Source of the DNA: a virus
Strand: one strand, 5' to 3'
Length of the DNA: 64,000 nt
IMG/VR virus record: IMGVR_UViG_3300032070_000002
Span: 1-64,000 of that record
Position 1 is the stretch's first letter; each line of letters begins with the position of its first letter. Below the pieces are notes generated by a model. The model was given only the letters and a program-made list of their open reading frames with translations, ran no database searches and had not been told where the DNA came from. The translations under genes and the position numbers were made by a program. Shown here in pieces: positions 29,297 through 40,039 of the stretch.

Positions 29297-30199
29297 ATGA
29301 AAAAAACAATTTTTTGGTTAGTAATAATTGGGATATTATTATTTACTTCTTTGGGATATTGTGCTAATTATAATGTGCAAAGTAATATACCACAAAATAA
29401 TCAAGGATATATTTTTATTAGCACTGGACAGAAACAAGGCGGAACGGAAATAGGCACTTGGACAGACCCAACTACAATACCAACTTTAAAGGGCGATAAG
29501 GGAGACCAGGGAATTCAAGGTATAGCCGGAATAGGTATTGATGGAAAGGATGGTTATACTCCTGTTAAGAATATTGATTATTTTGATGGAGTAAATGGGG
29601 CAGATGGTTTAAATGGAAAAGATGTTGACTCCACTACTGTTACTAATTTACAAAATGAAGATATTACACTTCAAGATAATATAAATATAGAGCAATTTGA
29701 CCGAATTCAAATGGGAAGTAATTTACAAGACAATATCAATATAGTAGATACTGATAGTCAGAATAGGAATATTAGTTTACAAAATAATCTCAATAACGAA
29801 ACGATTATTAGAAGTAACAAAGATACTCAATTACAAAATAATATTAATACTGTTAATTCAAGAGTGGACGAAGTGAGCAATAGAGTATCTAAACTTGAAA
29901 GAACTCAATTTGTTTTAGAAACTTCTTTTAGGATTTTAGATACTAAACGAATAACTTTAAGACCTTTCTTTAGAGAAAATTTAACAAGGAATAAACTTGA
30001 TATAGTAGGTTTAAAGGTTGATATTAAGTTAGGGCAAAGCTACGAAGAAAAATTAATTAAAAAGGTAAATGCGAGATTGGATTTATTGGAAAAAGTAATT
30101 GGTAATGCTCCGGTAATTGAAAAAGTAATAGATAATAAAGGCAATGTTAAATCTATTTCTATTACGGGAAATGGATTAAAGGTTGAGGGAAAGTTTTAA
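29297..30199 (+). CDS. Exported collagen/coiled-coil surface protein
   Basis: Signal peptide, Gly-X-Y repeats, Asn-rich heptads, beta-strand C-terminus ending in Phe. Confidence 0.6.
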   Translation: MKKTIFWLVIIGILLFTSLGYCANYNVQSNIPQNNQGYIFISTGQKQGGTEIGTWTDPTTIPTLKGDKGDQGIQGIAGIGIDGKDGYTPVKNIDYFDGVNGADGLNGKDVDSTTVTNLQNEDITLQDNINIEQFDRIQMGSNLQDNINIVDTDSQNRNISLQNNLNNETIIRSNKDTQLQNNINTVNSRVDEVSNRVSKLERTQFVLETSFRILDTKRITLRPFFRENLTRNKLDIVGLKVDIKLGQSYEEKLIKKVNARLDLLEKVIGNAPVIEKVIDNKGNVKSISITGNGLKVEGKF

Positions 30200-30226
30200 T
30201 TAAAAAATTAGAGGCAGAAATTAAAA

Positions 30227-30799
30227 ATGAATAAAAAATATAAATTTATCAAGATTAAAGCAAATTATTTAGGAGATAAAGACAATACATATTGGGCTTT
30301 ATTAGTAGAAAATATGATTGATTTATTTCGTTATTTTGAAGCAAAAAACCCTCAATTAGTTAAAGCATATTTTGAAATTAAAAAGAAAAAATCTTTTGGG
30401 CATTGTATAGGAAATGAACAAGTAGCAGTAGAAACATTATTTATTGCTGATAATAATAGTAAAACAGTTGCAGACGATATAATCATTATTAGTGATACAT
30501 TTTCTAAACCAAAAATAAGGGAAATAATAAATGGAAATAAATTAATAATAAATCCATCCGGTATTGGATTTTGTAGGTTTGATGAAAAATATCACACAAT
30601 ATTACAAACAATAGAGTCGGATGATTTTAATTTTCCTTGTAATGTAGATTATGACGATATTATAGTTAAACAATGGCAAAATGGAAAACATTGGTATGTT
30701 AGAGTAGGACAATACGATTTACCGGATAAATATTTTAGTTACGAATTAGGATTTAAAGCGGGTAAAGAATATTTAGAAAGGAAATTAAATGGCGTTTAA
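30227..30799 (+). CDS. Hypothetical protein
   Basis: 190-aa ORF. Confidence 0.6.
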   Translation: MNKKYKFIKIKANYLGDKDNTYWALLVENMIDLFRYFEAKNPQLVKAYFEIKKKKSFGHCIGNEQVAVETLFIADNNSKTVADDIIIISDTFSKPKIREIINGNKLIINPSGIGFCRFDEKYHTILQTIESDDFNFPCNVDYDDIIVKQWQNGKHWYVRVGQYDLPDKYFSYELGFKAGKEYLERKLNGV

Positions 30800-31160
30800 A
30801 GTAGCTTTAGTAACTTATAAATCTGGCGTAATACCCCTTAAATCTTTTGAGACAAAAGATGAAGCGGATAACTATATTCTTGAAACAGCCGAAAAGGAAG
30901 GCGGTGTAAAGACCGGATATATTGAAGATACTGAAACAAAAGAAAAAGAAAAGATAGAGGAACTTAAGTAATGTTAAATAATAATCAAGCGATTTTAATT
31001 CATAAATACGTTAAGAAGATAAGATGTAATACTTTAGTCACTTTATCAGAAGAAAGAGCAGAAGAATGGATTAAGGAAAATAGCGTAAAAGGAATAACTT
31101 ATATAAAAGAAGTAGTTTGGTTAATTAAATAATGAGTTATAATTAAGATAGAGGCATTTA

Positions 31161-31892
31161 ATGCGTGAATTTTTTGCTATATCTATTTTAGGATTAAATC
31201 AAAATGAAATGCTTCTTACTCAACTCCTTCTTTCTTCTCAAGGAGAAATTCCCGGTAAAAATTTAAGGATATTATTAAATATTAATAAGGACCAATTATT
31301 TGAAATATTAGAAAAACTTGTTCAACGAAACATAATTGGATATTCTAATAATCCTTCTAACGAAACCCTTACTTATATAAGAGCGGGAGAGGGCGGTTAT
31401 GTATTAAATAGAAATTATAATATGTGGATTCCCGAGGCTAATTCTATCTTTTATAAATTATGTAAACTTTTAGATTACCGATGTAATCAACAATCCTATC
31501 AAACTATTTTAAATGATTTTAGTATTAATCAAAACTTACCTATTAATATTATTAAAAAGGAAGTAAATCAAATAACTCCTTACGAACTTTTCGGCTTATT
31601 TTGTCTTCTATATAAGAAGGTATTAGGTAAGGAATACAAACCTTTAAATAATGCTAAAGATTTAGCAACATTAAAAAGTATAATTTATGAATTTAGTTAT
31701 AAGAATATAAAGGATAAATATATTAAGGAATTTATTGATTGGGTATTTAGAGTAAAAGCAAGAAGTTTTAAATCGGATTTAATAATTGGTTGGTTACCAT
31801 TATGTTTGAAAGATTATTTAAGTAGTATGCCTACTGAAAAAGACGTTCCGGGTTTTGTAAGAGACGAAGAAGGCAGATTACGGAAAGTATGA
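31161..31892 (+). CDS. Possible replication initiator/helicase-loader-like protein
   Basis: wHTH-like N-terminus; ATGA overlap with the primase gene. Confidence 0.4.
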   Translation: MREFFAISILGLNQNEMLLTQLLLSSQGEIPGKNLRILLNINKDQLFEILEKLVQRNIIGYSNNPSNETLTYIRAGEGGYVLNRNYNMWIPEANSIFYKLCKLLDYRCNQQSYQTILNDFSINQNLPINIIKKEVNQITPYELFGLFCLLYKKVLGKEYKPLNNAKDLATLKSIIYEFSYKNIKDKYIKEFIDWVFRVKARSFKSDLIIGWLPLCLKDYLSSMPTEKDVPGFVRDEEGRLRKV

Positions 31893-34114
31893 AAGTAAAA
31901 AACCTAAATAATGTAATAGAACAATTGAAACCTTTCTTAAAGGATTATTTAGAAACCCAAGGAACGGAATTTACGCGTTCTCATTTTACTTGTCCAAATA
32001 GGGTATGGCATAAAAATAATGACGCTAAACCGTCCTGTGCATTTTACCCGGATGAAAGTTCTTTTCATTGCTTTTCCTGCGGGAAAAACGGATCTATCTT
32101 TGATGCAGCTAACTTACTTGAAGGGTTACCCTTAGAAGGAAGTGAGTTTATAGAAACCGTAGTAGAATTAGCAAAACGATTTAATATTACCGTAGAGATA
32201 GAAGAAGACTCTGTAGATAAATATCAAACAAAATTAAAAACATTACTAGAATTAGTAAGGGATGTAGCCTATAAGACTTATTTAAGTAATAATGAAATAA
32301 GGGAATACGTAAAGAAAAGAGGCGTAAGTGAAATAGAAGATAAAGTTAAATTTGGATATCTTAAATACGATTCCTTACTTCCTTTTCTTACTACTAAAGG
32401 ATATACTGAAAACGATATAAAAGAAGCGGGTTTATTTAGAGAGTTATTAAATGAAAGATTAATTATACCTATATACGATTCTTTTAATAGATTAGTAGCG
32501 TTTGGAAGTAGAAAAATTAAAGAGGATCAATCGGAAAGGTATTATTTATCCTCCACTTGTCAAGTATATAAAAAGTCTGAAATTTTATTTAATTTTAATA
32601 ATTCAAAACAATATGAAACAATTTATATAGTAGAAGGATTTTTAGATGCCTTTCAATTAATTAAAAATGGTATTCCCAATGTTGTAGCAGTTTGCGGAGA
32701 TGCTATATCGTATAAACATATAAGGTTATTAGTAAAATATAAAGTTAAAAAAGTTATACTTTTATTTGATAGCGATAACGCGGGAAAAGAGGCTACCAAG
32801 AGTGCTATATCGGCTTTATCTAAAACCCCGGAGCTAGAGGTATATATTAAGGAATTATCGGATGCTAAAGACCCGGACGAATATCTATTGAAGTACGGAA
32901 AAGATAAGTTTTTACAGCTTCCGGAAAGTTCTATGTTTGACTATAAACTTAAAAAATATATAGATTCAAACTTAGATAAGAATTTAAAGGAAGACCTTTT
33001 ACAATTTATTTCGGAAGAACAAAGTTTTATTGAAAAAGAACATATGTGTAAAAAGTTAGCAAAGGCGGCTAGTGTAAAAACGGAAACGGTATTGAGTGAA
33101 ATAGAAAGAATAGAAAAAGTAAAGTTAGGAGATTACGGAGTAACTACTTCTGATATAGTAAATGAAAAAGATACTTTAAATAAAGAAATATTTTTATTTG
33201 AAAGTTGGTCGGAAAGTAGAGGAAAATTATTAGGACTAAATATTGCACAATGGCCTATAATGACTGAAAAATTAGACGGTTTTCAAAATGCGTTATTTAT
33301 AGTTGCAGCGGAAGAGAATACGGGTAAATCGGCATTAACTTGTTCGTTATCTTTAAATTTAGCATTATCTAATCCGGGTAAAGTTTTTATATTATATTTT
33401 GGATTAGATGTAAGTAATAGAACAATGATAGCTAGAATGGTAGCTAATTTATCGGGTCTGCCTATTAATACTGTTTCAAATCCTAAATATAAAATTTTAG
33501 AAAATCCTACTATAATAAATAAAGAAGAGTTAATGAAAATAAGGGAAGAAAAAATAAATCAAATTAGATTATTATCGGATACTATTTCTATTAAGGATGA
33601 AAAAACTATAAGATCGATAGAGGATATGGAAAGATTAATTAAGGTATATTTAAAAGCATATGAAGGAAAACAATTAGTCGTAATAATAGATAGTTTAAAT
33701 CAAATGCATACAGCGGTTAAAAAAGAGACGCGTGATATTTATATGTATATTTCGGATAAACTAAAGGAGTGGACTGTAAAATTTGATATCCCGGTTATAG
33801 CTATTTCAGAATTAAGAAAATTAGCACACCCGGGAATGAGGCCTACTAATGATGATATAAAGGAAGTAAGCGATTTAAAATATGATGCGGATGTTACGAT
33901 TTTACTTTATAATGAACTTCATTCAAAAAGGGATTCTTCTACAAGAACTTTTATAGGAGAAGGAGGCATAGTTTATCCTATAGTAGAATTAATATTTTAT
34001 AAAAATAAAACGTCGGAATTTAAAGGAACACTCTTTTATAAATTTTATACGGATACAAGTCGCATAGAGGAATGTACTATTGAAGAAATGAGAAAGTATT
34101 GGAGTGAAAGATGA
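31889..34114 (+). CDS. DnaG-type primase fused to DnaB-like helicase
   Basis: CP..H..PS..CFSC zinc finger; VEGFLD and FDSD.AG TOPRIM motifs; KDPDE; Walker A AEENTGKS; IIDSL; KNK. Confidence 0.92.
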   Translation: MKVKNLNNVIEQLKPFLKDYLETQGTEFTRSHFTCPNRVWHKNNDAKPSCAFYPDESSFHCFSCGKNGSIFDAANLLEGLPLEGSEFIETVVELAKRFNITVEIEEDSVDKYQTKLKTLLELVRDVAYKTYLSNNEIREYVKKRGVSEIEDKVKFGYLKYDSLLPFLTTKGYTENDIKEAGLFRELLNERLIIPIYDSFNRLVAFGSRKIKEDQSERYYLSSTCQVYKKSEILFNFNNSKQYETIYIVEGFLDAFQLIKNGIPNVVAVCGDAISYKHIRLLVKYKVKKVILLFDSDNAGKEATKSAISALSKTPELEVYIKELSDAKDPDEYLLKYGKDKFLQLPESSMFDYKLKKYIDSNLDKNLKEDLLQFISEEQSFIEKEHMCKKLAKAASVKTETVLSEIERIEKVKLGDYGVTTSDIVNEKDTLNKEIFLFESWSESRGKLLGLNIAQWPIMTEKLDGFQNALFIVAAEENTGKSALTCSLSLNLALSNPGKVFILYFGLDVSNRTMIARMVANLSGLPINTVSNPKYKILENPTIINKEELMKIREEKINQIRLLSDTISIKDEKTIRSIEDMERLIKVYLKAYEGKQLVVIIDSLNQMHTAVKKETRDIYMYISDKLKEWTVKFDIPVIAISELRKLAHPGMRPTNDDIKEVSDLKYDADVTILLYNELHSKRDSSTRTFIGEGGIVYPIVELIFYKNKTSEFKGTLFYKFYTDTSRIEECTIEEMRKYWSER

Positions 34115-34794
34115 TGTGTAATAAGGGACAAGAATTTAATGTGACAAATGATATTTGCCTTAAATGTGATAATTTTAGGGAGTGTAGTTTTTTTAAAACA
34201 TTTAAGGAATTAGAAAATAAGTCTTTAAACATTCCAAAAATATTAGGAGTAACGGATAAAGGAAAATTTCAAATAGAGTATACCGAAATAAAAGAAATAG
34301 CATTAAGTCAAAATAAAAATTCTAAATATTATAAGGGAGATAAAATTACAGAAAATGAAGTAAAAGATTTTCAAATAACATTAGGTTTAGTAAATACGAT
34401 AGACGATATTATTAACATAATAAGGAGGTATTAAATGAAGAAACTTAATAAGTTTGAAAACGTAGCATTTAATTGTTTACGGAAGTTATTCGGATTTAAT
34501 AAAGCGTTAAATATAATGAGAAAATTTTGGAGAGGATATTTTAGATTACAATATCTTCCTAAATCGCTATACTATAGCGTAGTAATATTTTATTATAAAT
34601 CGTGTATTCTTCTTATTAAAAAGGTAGGTATATAAAATGAAAATACAAATATACTCTATAATGTATAGAAACTTAAAAAATGTATTCACATTTTTACACG
34701 GTACGAAGAATGGTAAAGAATGCATAATAGGAGAGTGTCACGGTTCTTTATGGAATACTATAAAACTTATATTAAAAGTTTGGAGGACGAAAAC

Positions 34795-35166
34795 GTGAAA
34801 ATTCAAACAGAAGTAAAATTAGATTCTGCTCATAGATTACCGAACTATATTGGCAAGTGTGCTAATTTGCACGGGCATACTTGGAAGATAGTAATTACGG
34901 TAGATGCAGAAGTTTTAGATATAAACGAATTTGCGGTAGATTTTGTAAAGGTAAAAGAAGTAATGAATAAATACGACCACACCTACTTAAATAATTTTAT
35001 AGAAAATCCTAATGCGGAAAATTTAGCTTATAAGTTTGCTAATGAGATAAAGGAATTAGGTAATCAATATATGGAAGGAACCGCAAGTCCGATAGGAAAT
35101 AGATTTAACTACGTGACAGTTAAAGTGTATGAAAGCGAGGTTAGTTTTGCTGAGGTCACAATATAG
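34795..35166 (+). CDS. queD: 6-carboxy-5,6,7,8-tetrahydropterin synthase
   Basis: SAHRL, KCANLHGH, DHTYLN, P.AENLA and VYE motifs; GTG start after GGAGG. Confidence 0.92.
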   Translation: MKIQTEVKLDSAHRLPNYIGKCANLHGHTWKIVITVDAEVLDINEFAVDFVKVKEVMNKYDHTYLNNFIENPNAENLAYKFANEIKELGNQYMEGTASPIGNRFNYVTVKVYESEVSFAEVTI

Positions 35167-35178
35167 GGAGGGTAAATA

Positions 35179-35667
35179 ATGAAATACAAACTAACAAATG
35201 TAACAAAGGTATGGTGTGGAATAACCTTGCATCAGATTGAGGCGACTATTTCTTTTGGTGGTATATCTAAAGGCGATAAGGGGGGATATATAGAAAAAGA
35301 AAATAATTTAGACCAATCTGGCGACGCTTGGGTGTCTGACAACGCTCGGGTGTCTGGCAACGCTTGGGTGTATGGCAACGCTCAGGTGTATGGCGACGCT
35401 TGGGTGTATGGCAACGCTTGGGTGTCTGACAACGCTTGGGTGTCTGACAACGCTCGGGTGTCTGACAACGCTCGGGTGTATGACAACGCTTGGGTGTATG
35501 GCAATGCTCAGGTGTATGGCGACGCTTGGGTGTATGGCAAATTAAAACTTACTTTTGGGTACTTTTTTGGAATACGCTTTAAAAAAGAAAAAATAAAATA
35601 TGTAAAATTAGATGATAATAATGAGATTATTTGTAAGGGGGATATAAAGTTTGAGGAACTTAAATAA
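35179..35667 (+). CDS. Hexapeptide-repeat (left-handed beta-helix) protein
   Basis: GD.GGYIE.E.NL followed by 12 x (G/D)(D/N)A(W/R/Q)V(S/Y). Confidence 0.85.
   Translation: MKYKLTNVTKVWCGITLHQIEATISFGGISKGDKGGYIEKENNLDQSGDAWVSDNARVSGNAWVYGNAQVYGDAWVYGNAWVSDNAWVSDNARVSDNARVYDNAWVYGNAQVYGDAWVYGKLKLTFGYFFGIRFKKEKIKYVKLDDNNEIICKGDIKFEELK
35320..35535 (+). repeat. 18-nt tandem repeat, 12 units
   Basis: gRcRaYgctYRggtgtMt units. Confidence 0.92.
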
Positions 35668-35693
35668 CCTATGCCTAACCCCGGAGGCTCACA

Positions 35694-36206
35694 ATGAATG
35701 AATTACGGGAAGCGATTGAGGTATTAGAGCAACTTTATAATATCAGAATGGGGCAATGTGGTTATATGCCACCATACGAAACGAGTAAAGAGGCAAAGGC
35801 ATTACAGCTTGCTATTTCCTTCCTCCAAGTTTTAGAGGGCAAGGGGATGCCGGAGTTTCATTCAGTTAAGGATAATTATACTTCTTTTGAAAAATATACC
35901 GAATGTGAACATAAGAAGATTGATGCACTCGGAAATAATTGCCAAGCGTGTGATATTGCCTGGCTTATAGAAAGATGCAAATGTTTAGAAAAAACTATTA
36001 AAGAATATAATGTCTACCACGCCAAACTCCAAGCAGAATGGCGGGAGAAGGCGGGGGTGGAGAAGATAGAGAAAATAATAGAAGAAAATGACGAATTTCC
36101 TAATATGTCTATTCAAACATTAAGAGATTTAAATGTAAATAATTTATTAGCATATAATCCAAAAAGATTAGCCCAAGCCCTATCTGATTACCTGGAGGTA
36201 AAGTGA
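35694..36206 (+). CDS. Hypothetical protein
   Basis: 170-aa ORF with GGAGG RBS. Confidence 0.55.
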   Translation: MNELREAIEVLEQLYNIRMGQCGYMPPYETSKEAKALQLAISFLQVLEGKGMPEFHSVKDNYTSFEKYTECEHKKIDALGNNCQACDIAWLIERCKCLEKTIKEYNVYHAKLQAEWREKAGVEKIEKIIEENDEFPNMSIQTLRDLNVNNLLAYNPKRLAQALSDYLEVK

Positions 36207-36338
36207 GTATGGAGAATAAAATGATGCAATGTAGTATTTGTAAAGAATTTTTTAATCCCGCAATGTTATCAGAAGTATTTGAACACGAACATAGTAATAT
36301 ATCTACAGATAAAGAATACTACGGAAAGAAAGTAGAAA

Positions 36339-36770
36339 ATGAAAAAAATTAAGTATACTTGGCAAGAATTTGATAAAGATGTAATACTTTTAATTAGAAG
36401 GATTAAGTACTCAAAATTTCAGCCGGAAACCTTAGTCTGTCTAGCTACAGGCGGTTGCCCTCTAGGTACAAAATTACATAATAGATTAGAAAAACCCCTA
36501 ACAATTATAAGTGTAAAAAGTTACGAGGATACTAAACAGGGTGCGATACTTTTAAATAGTTCCTATACCGTTCCTTTAAGGTCTCCGGTTTTATTATTAG
36601 ATGATGTGGCGGACTCCGGAAAAACTATACAATTAGTAAAATCACATTTAGAGTTGGGAGGAGTAGAAGTAAGGACGGCTACACTGTTTTATAAAGAACA
36701 TTCTGTAATTAAACCCGATTGGTATATTCATAAAATAAGTGAGGAATGGCTAATTTTTCCTTGGGAGTAA
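36339..36770 (+). CDS. Purine phosphoribosyltransferase (Gpt-like)
   Basis: LLLDDVADSGKT PRPP motif; PDWY; WLIFPWE. Confidence 0.9.
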   Translation: MKKIKYTWQEFDKDVILLIRRIKYSKFQPETLVCLATGGCPLGTKLHNRLEKPLTIISVKSYEDTKQGAILLNSSYTVPLRSPVLLLDDVADSGKTIQLVKSHLELGGVEVRTATLFYKEHSVIKPDWYIHKISEEWLIFPWE

Positions 36771-36771
36771 T

Positions 36772-37929
36772 ATGAATAAAATTTTTATAAATCTTCCAAG
36801 TAAATATACTACTATTATGTTAGTAGCACCTACGGGATTAGTAAACGAATTTGAAAAATATCCTTACGGTATTTCTCATTTTTTAGAGCATATGCATTTT
36901 AAGGGTACAAAGAAAAGAACTACAAAACAAATAGCTTATGATATAGAAAGATACGGCGGAGATTTAAACGCTTTTACGGATAGTGAAATTACGGGTTATT
37001 ATGTTAAAATAGCTAATCGTTATATGAATAAAGGTTTTGACGTAATTTCAGACCTAGTAGAAAATTGCGTAATCCCGGAAGAGGAAATAGATAAAGAAAG
37101 AAAAGTAATATTACAAGAGTTAAAAAGTTATGAAGACGATCCTCAAGAGAAAGTTAGTGATTTATTTTATACAAATATGTATAATATTCACTATCCACTT
37201 CATTACCCTATTATAGGTTTCCCTTCTACTTTAAATCAAATAGGTAGAAAGGAATTATTAAAATATAAAAAGGATAGATATAATCCATTAACTTTAATTA
37301 TAGTAGGCGATATCGCGGATTGTTTAGATATTAAATTGTGTCCTACCTCTTATCCAAAAGTAAATTTTCTTTCTACTAACAAAGAAAAATTTATAGAGCG
37401 AAATAATTTACAACAAGCACAAGTTATTATAGGATTTTCTCAATTTTTACCTATTGATGCTACAACTTTATTTTTTACGGTAGCTTTAATAGAATCAATT
37501 TTAAACGATATGAGCGGAAGACTATTTACGGAAATTAGAGAAAATCATAATTTAGTATACGGTATTAGATTTTCAAGTACTATTTTTGGAAATAATCTAT
37601 TTCAATGGAAAGTAAGTTTAGGATTAGAAAAAAATAAAATAAATCAAGCAAAAGAATTAATAATTAAGGAATTAACAAGACCTTTTACTAGCCAAGAAGT
37701 TGAAGATGCGGTAATTAAATCTATAGGAGAGCTAGAATTAAGGACTTCGTCTTTTTTAATTTCTAATATTATCGCAAATAGTATAACGACTAATATAGAT
37801 TGGCAACGAATAATTTTTAACTATAAAGAGGAATTTAAGAGAGTAAAAGATTATGTAAATAGTGTGCAAGAATTAATAGATTTTACTAATTATAAAATAG
37901 TAGGCCTCATTCCGGGAGATAAAAAGTGA
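36772..37929 (+). CDS. M16 family zinc peptidase
   Basis: GISHFLEHMHFKGT, LNAFT, ERKVILQE and RLFTEIRE..LVY motifs. Confidence 0.92.
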   Translation: MNKIFINLPSKYTTIMLVAPTGLVNEFEKYPYGISHFLEHMHFKGTKKRTTKQIAYDIERYGGDLNAFTDSEITGYYVKIANRYMNKGFDVISDLVENCVIPEEEIDKERKVILQELKSYEDDPQEKVSDLFYTNMYNIHYPLHYPIIGFPSTLNQIGRKELLKYKKDRYNPLTLIIVGDIADCLDIKLCPTSYPKVNFLSTNKEKFIERNNLQQAQVIIGFSQFLPIDATTLFFTVALIESILNDMSGRLFTEIRENHNLVYGIRFSSTIFGNNLFQWKVSLGLEKNKINQAKELIIKELTRPFTSQEVEDAVIKSIGELELRTSSFLISNIIANSITTNIDWQRIIFNYKEEFKRVKDYVNSVQELIDFTNYKIVGLIPGDKK

Positions 37930-38567
37930 AGATAAATGAAATTTTTAAGAGTATACAGGGTGAAGGAAGATTTCAGGGATATCCTGCATTGTTTATTAGG
38001 GTTTCCGGTTGTACAAGAAAGTGTAAATGGTGCGATTCTAAATACCATATTAACGGGGAAGAATTTACGATAGAAGAATTAGTAAATGAAATTGATGATA
38101 GGCCAGAAACGGCTATAGTTGTATTTACTGGAGGCGAGCCCTTACTATATTTAGAAGAAATAACACACATAATTAGCGAGTTAAAAGGTATTGACGTTAA
38201 GTGGCATTTGGAAACGAATAGTGATTTAATTAAGACTCAAAAAGATTTTAACGATATAATAAAAACTTTTAACTATATAGTAATTAGTCCAAAGGAATTA
38301 TCTGTTGTAGAAGAAATAATTAAATTTAAAAATGCTACCTGTTTTAAGGACTATCTTGAAAGGGTTGAAATAAAAATAGTAACTGACTTAGATAAAATAA
38401 ATAAAGATTTAGTGCCTTATGCTACTTCTTTAATGCCCTATACTTCTTATAATAAAAAGAAAGATATAGAAATAAGAAAAAGAGTATGGGCGTATTGCGT
38501 AACACATAATTTACATTATAGTGCTAGATTACAAGTAATAAATTTTAATAAGAAGAGGGGGGTATAG
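37926..38567 (+). CDS. queE: 7-carboxy-7-deazaguanine synthase (radical SAM)
   Basis: EIFKSIQGEG, FIR.SGCTRKCKWCD, TGGEP, ETN and SPK motifs. Confidence 0.93.
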   Translation: MKINEIFKSIQGEGRFQGYPALFIRVSGCTRKCKWCDSKYHINGEEFTIEELVNEIDDRPETAIVVFTGGEPLLYLEEITHIISELKGIDVKWHLETNSDLIKTQKDFNDIIKTFNYIVISPKELSVVEEIIKFKNATCFKDYLERVEIKIVTDLDKINKDLVPYATSLMPYTSYNKKKDIEIRKRVWAYCVTHNLHYSARLQVINFNKKRGV

Positions 38568-39160
38568 TGGATAACTTTCCCGAGTTTAAAGAATTTAAAA
38601 AAATACCTAGATTAAGTAGAAAGATTATTATTACCGAAAAAATTGACGGCACTAACGGTTTAATTTATATTGACGAAATAAATAATATTTTTGCAGGAAG
38701 TAGAAACAGATTTCTTTGGGGATCAATTCAAGAAGAAATTCATAATGATAATCACGGTTTTGCTCAATGGGTAAAAACTAATAAGGAAGAATTATTAAAA
38801 TTAGGCAAGGGGTATCATTATGGCGAGTGGTGGGGAAGCGGAATACAAAGAGGCTATAATTTGCCTAAAGGAGAAAAGAGATTTAGTTTATTTAATACCG
38901 ATAGATGGATTAAAGATAGAACACAACCCCTATTAGAAAAACAAGAGTATTGTCCCGAATGTTGTTACGTTGTGCCTATTTTATGGACAGGTATTTTTAA
39001 TACATCCGACATAGATTCTATTTTAGATAATTTAGTATTAAAAGGTAGTAGTGCTTCATTAGGATTTATGCAACCAGAGGGAATTGTAATTTATCATAGG
39101 GCGGGTAATTTAATGTTTAAGAAAACGATTGAGAAGGATGAAAAAGGAAAAAATGAATAA
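38567..39160 (+). CDS. RNA ligase (Rnl2-like nucleotidyltransferase)
   Basis: TEKIDGTN, GSRNR, YGEW.G.GIQ, VVPIL and PEGIV motifs. Confidence 0.85.
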   Translation: MDNFPEFKEFKKIPRLSRKIIITEKIDGTNGLIYIDEINNIFAGSRNRFLWGSIQEEIHNDNHGFAQWVKTNKEELLKLGKGYHYGEWWGSGIQRGYNLPKGEKRFSLFNTDRWIKDRTQPLLEKQEYCPECCYVVPILWTGIFNTSDIDSILDNLVLKGSSASLGFMQPEGIVIYHRAGNLMFKKTIEKDEKGKNE

Positions 39161-40039
39161 TATTTGGTCTATAAATATTTCAGATTTTTTAGAAATACTA
39201 GAAGAGGCAATTAAGTTAGGTAGAGAAAGAGGTAAAAAAGAGGGCGAAAATATAGAACCGGAATTTTTTGAGATAGCAAAAAAGAAAAATAAAATGCCTA
39301 AACATTTAGGCGCAACAGAATTAAATAAAGAAGAATTACTAGAAGAATATAAATTAAGAAATTTAAAAGTATTAGATTTAACTAAAAAGGAGAAATAAAT
39401 GGAAGAGTTAAAATTATATAACGGGTTACGCGTTAAAGTTTGGCAGTTAGGCTGCGGCGAAAATAAATCCGCAGGCGGATATTCTATTTGTAGAGTATAT
39501 ATTTGGAGTGAAAATTTAATTAAGGAGTTAGGATTAGGGCAGCCCTTTCATTGCGCATATCAAGAAGCTGAAGAGTTAGCGGTTTTAATAGATGCGGAAT
39601 TAACTTTAAATGGATCAATCGTAAGAAAATCTACTAACGGAGAATATAAATGAAGTGTATAATTTGTAATTTAGAATTAACAGAAGCCGATGAAATAATA
39701 ACTCAATACGGTTTAGATATGCATAAAAGTTGTGAAGAAAAATTTATATACTATACTAATCCTACTTATAGAGACTATATAAAATGTTGTAATGTAAAAC
39801 ACGATATAATAGGTTTACTTAAACAGGGTAAATTTATAGGTATTGGAAAATGTAAAATATGTGGAAAGACTTATATTACTAGTAGACTTCCAAAAAATCC
39901 AAAACCTAGAAAACCTAAAGCTCCAGAAAGATATTCAGACGACGCCGAAAGAAGAAAAATGTTTGGAGTAAAGTAAAATGGTTATTAATTTATTAATAAT
40001 ATATTTAACAATTTTATATATAGTATCAAGGAGAAGAAA

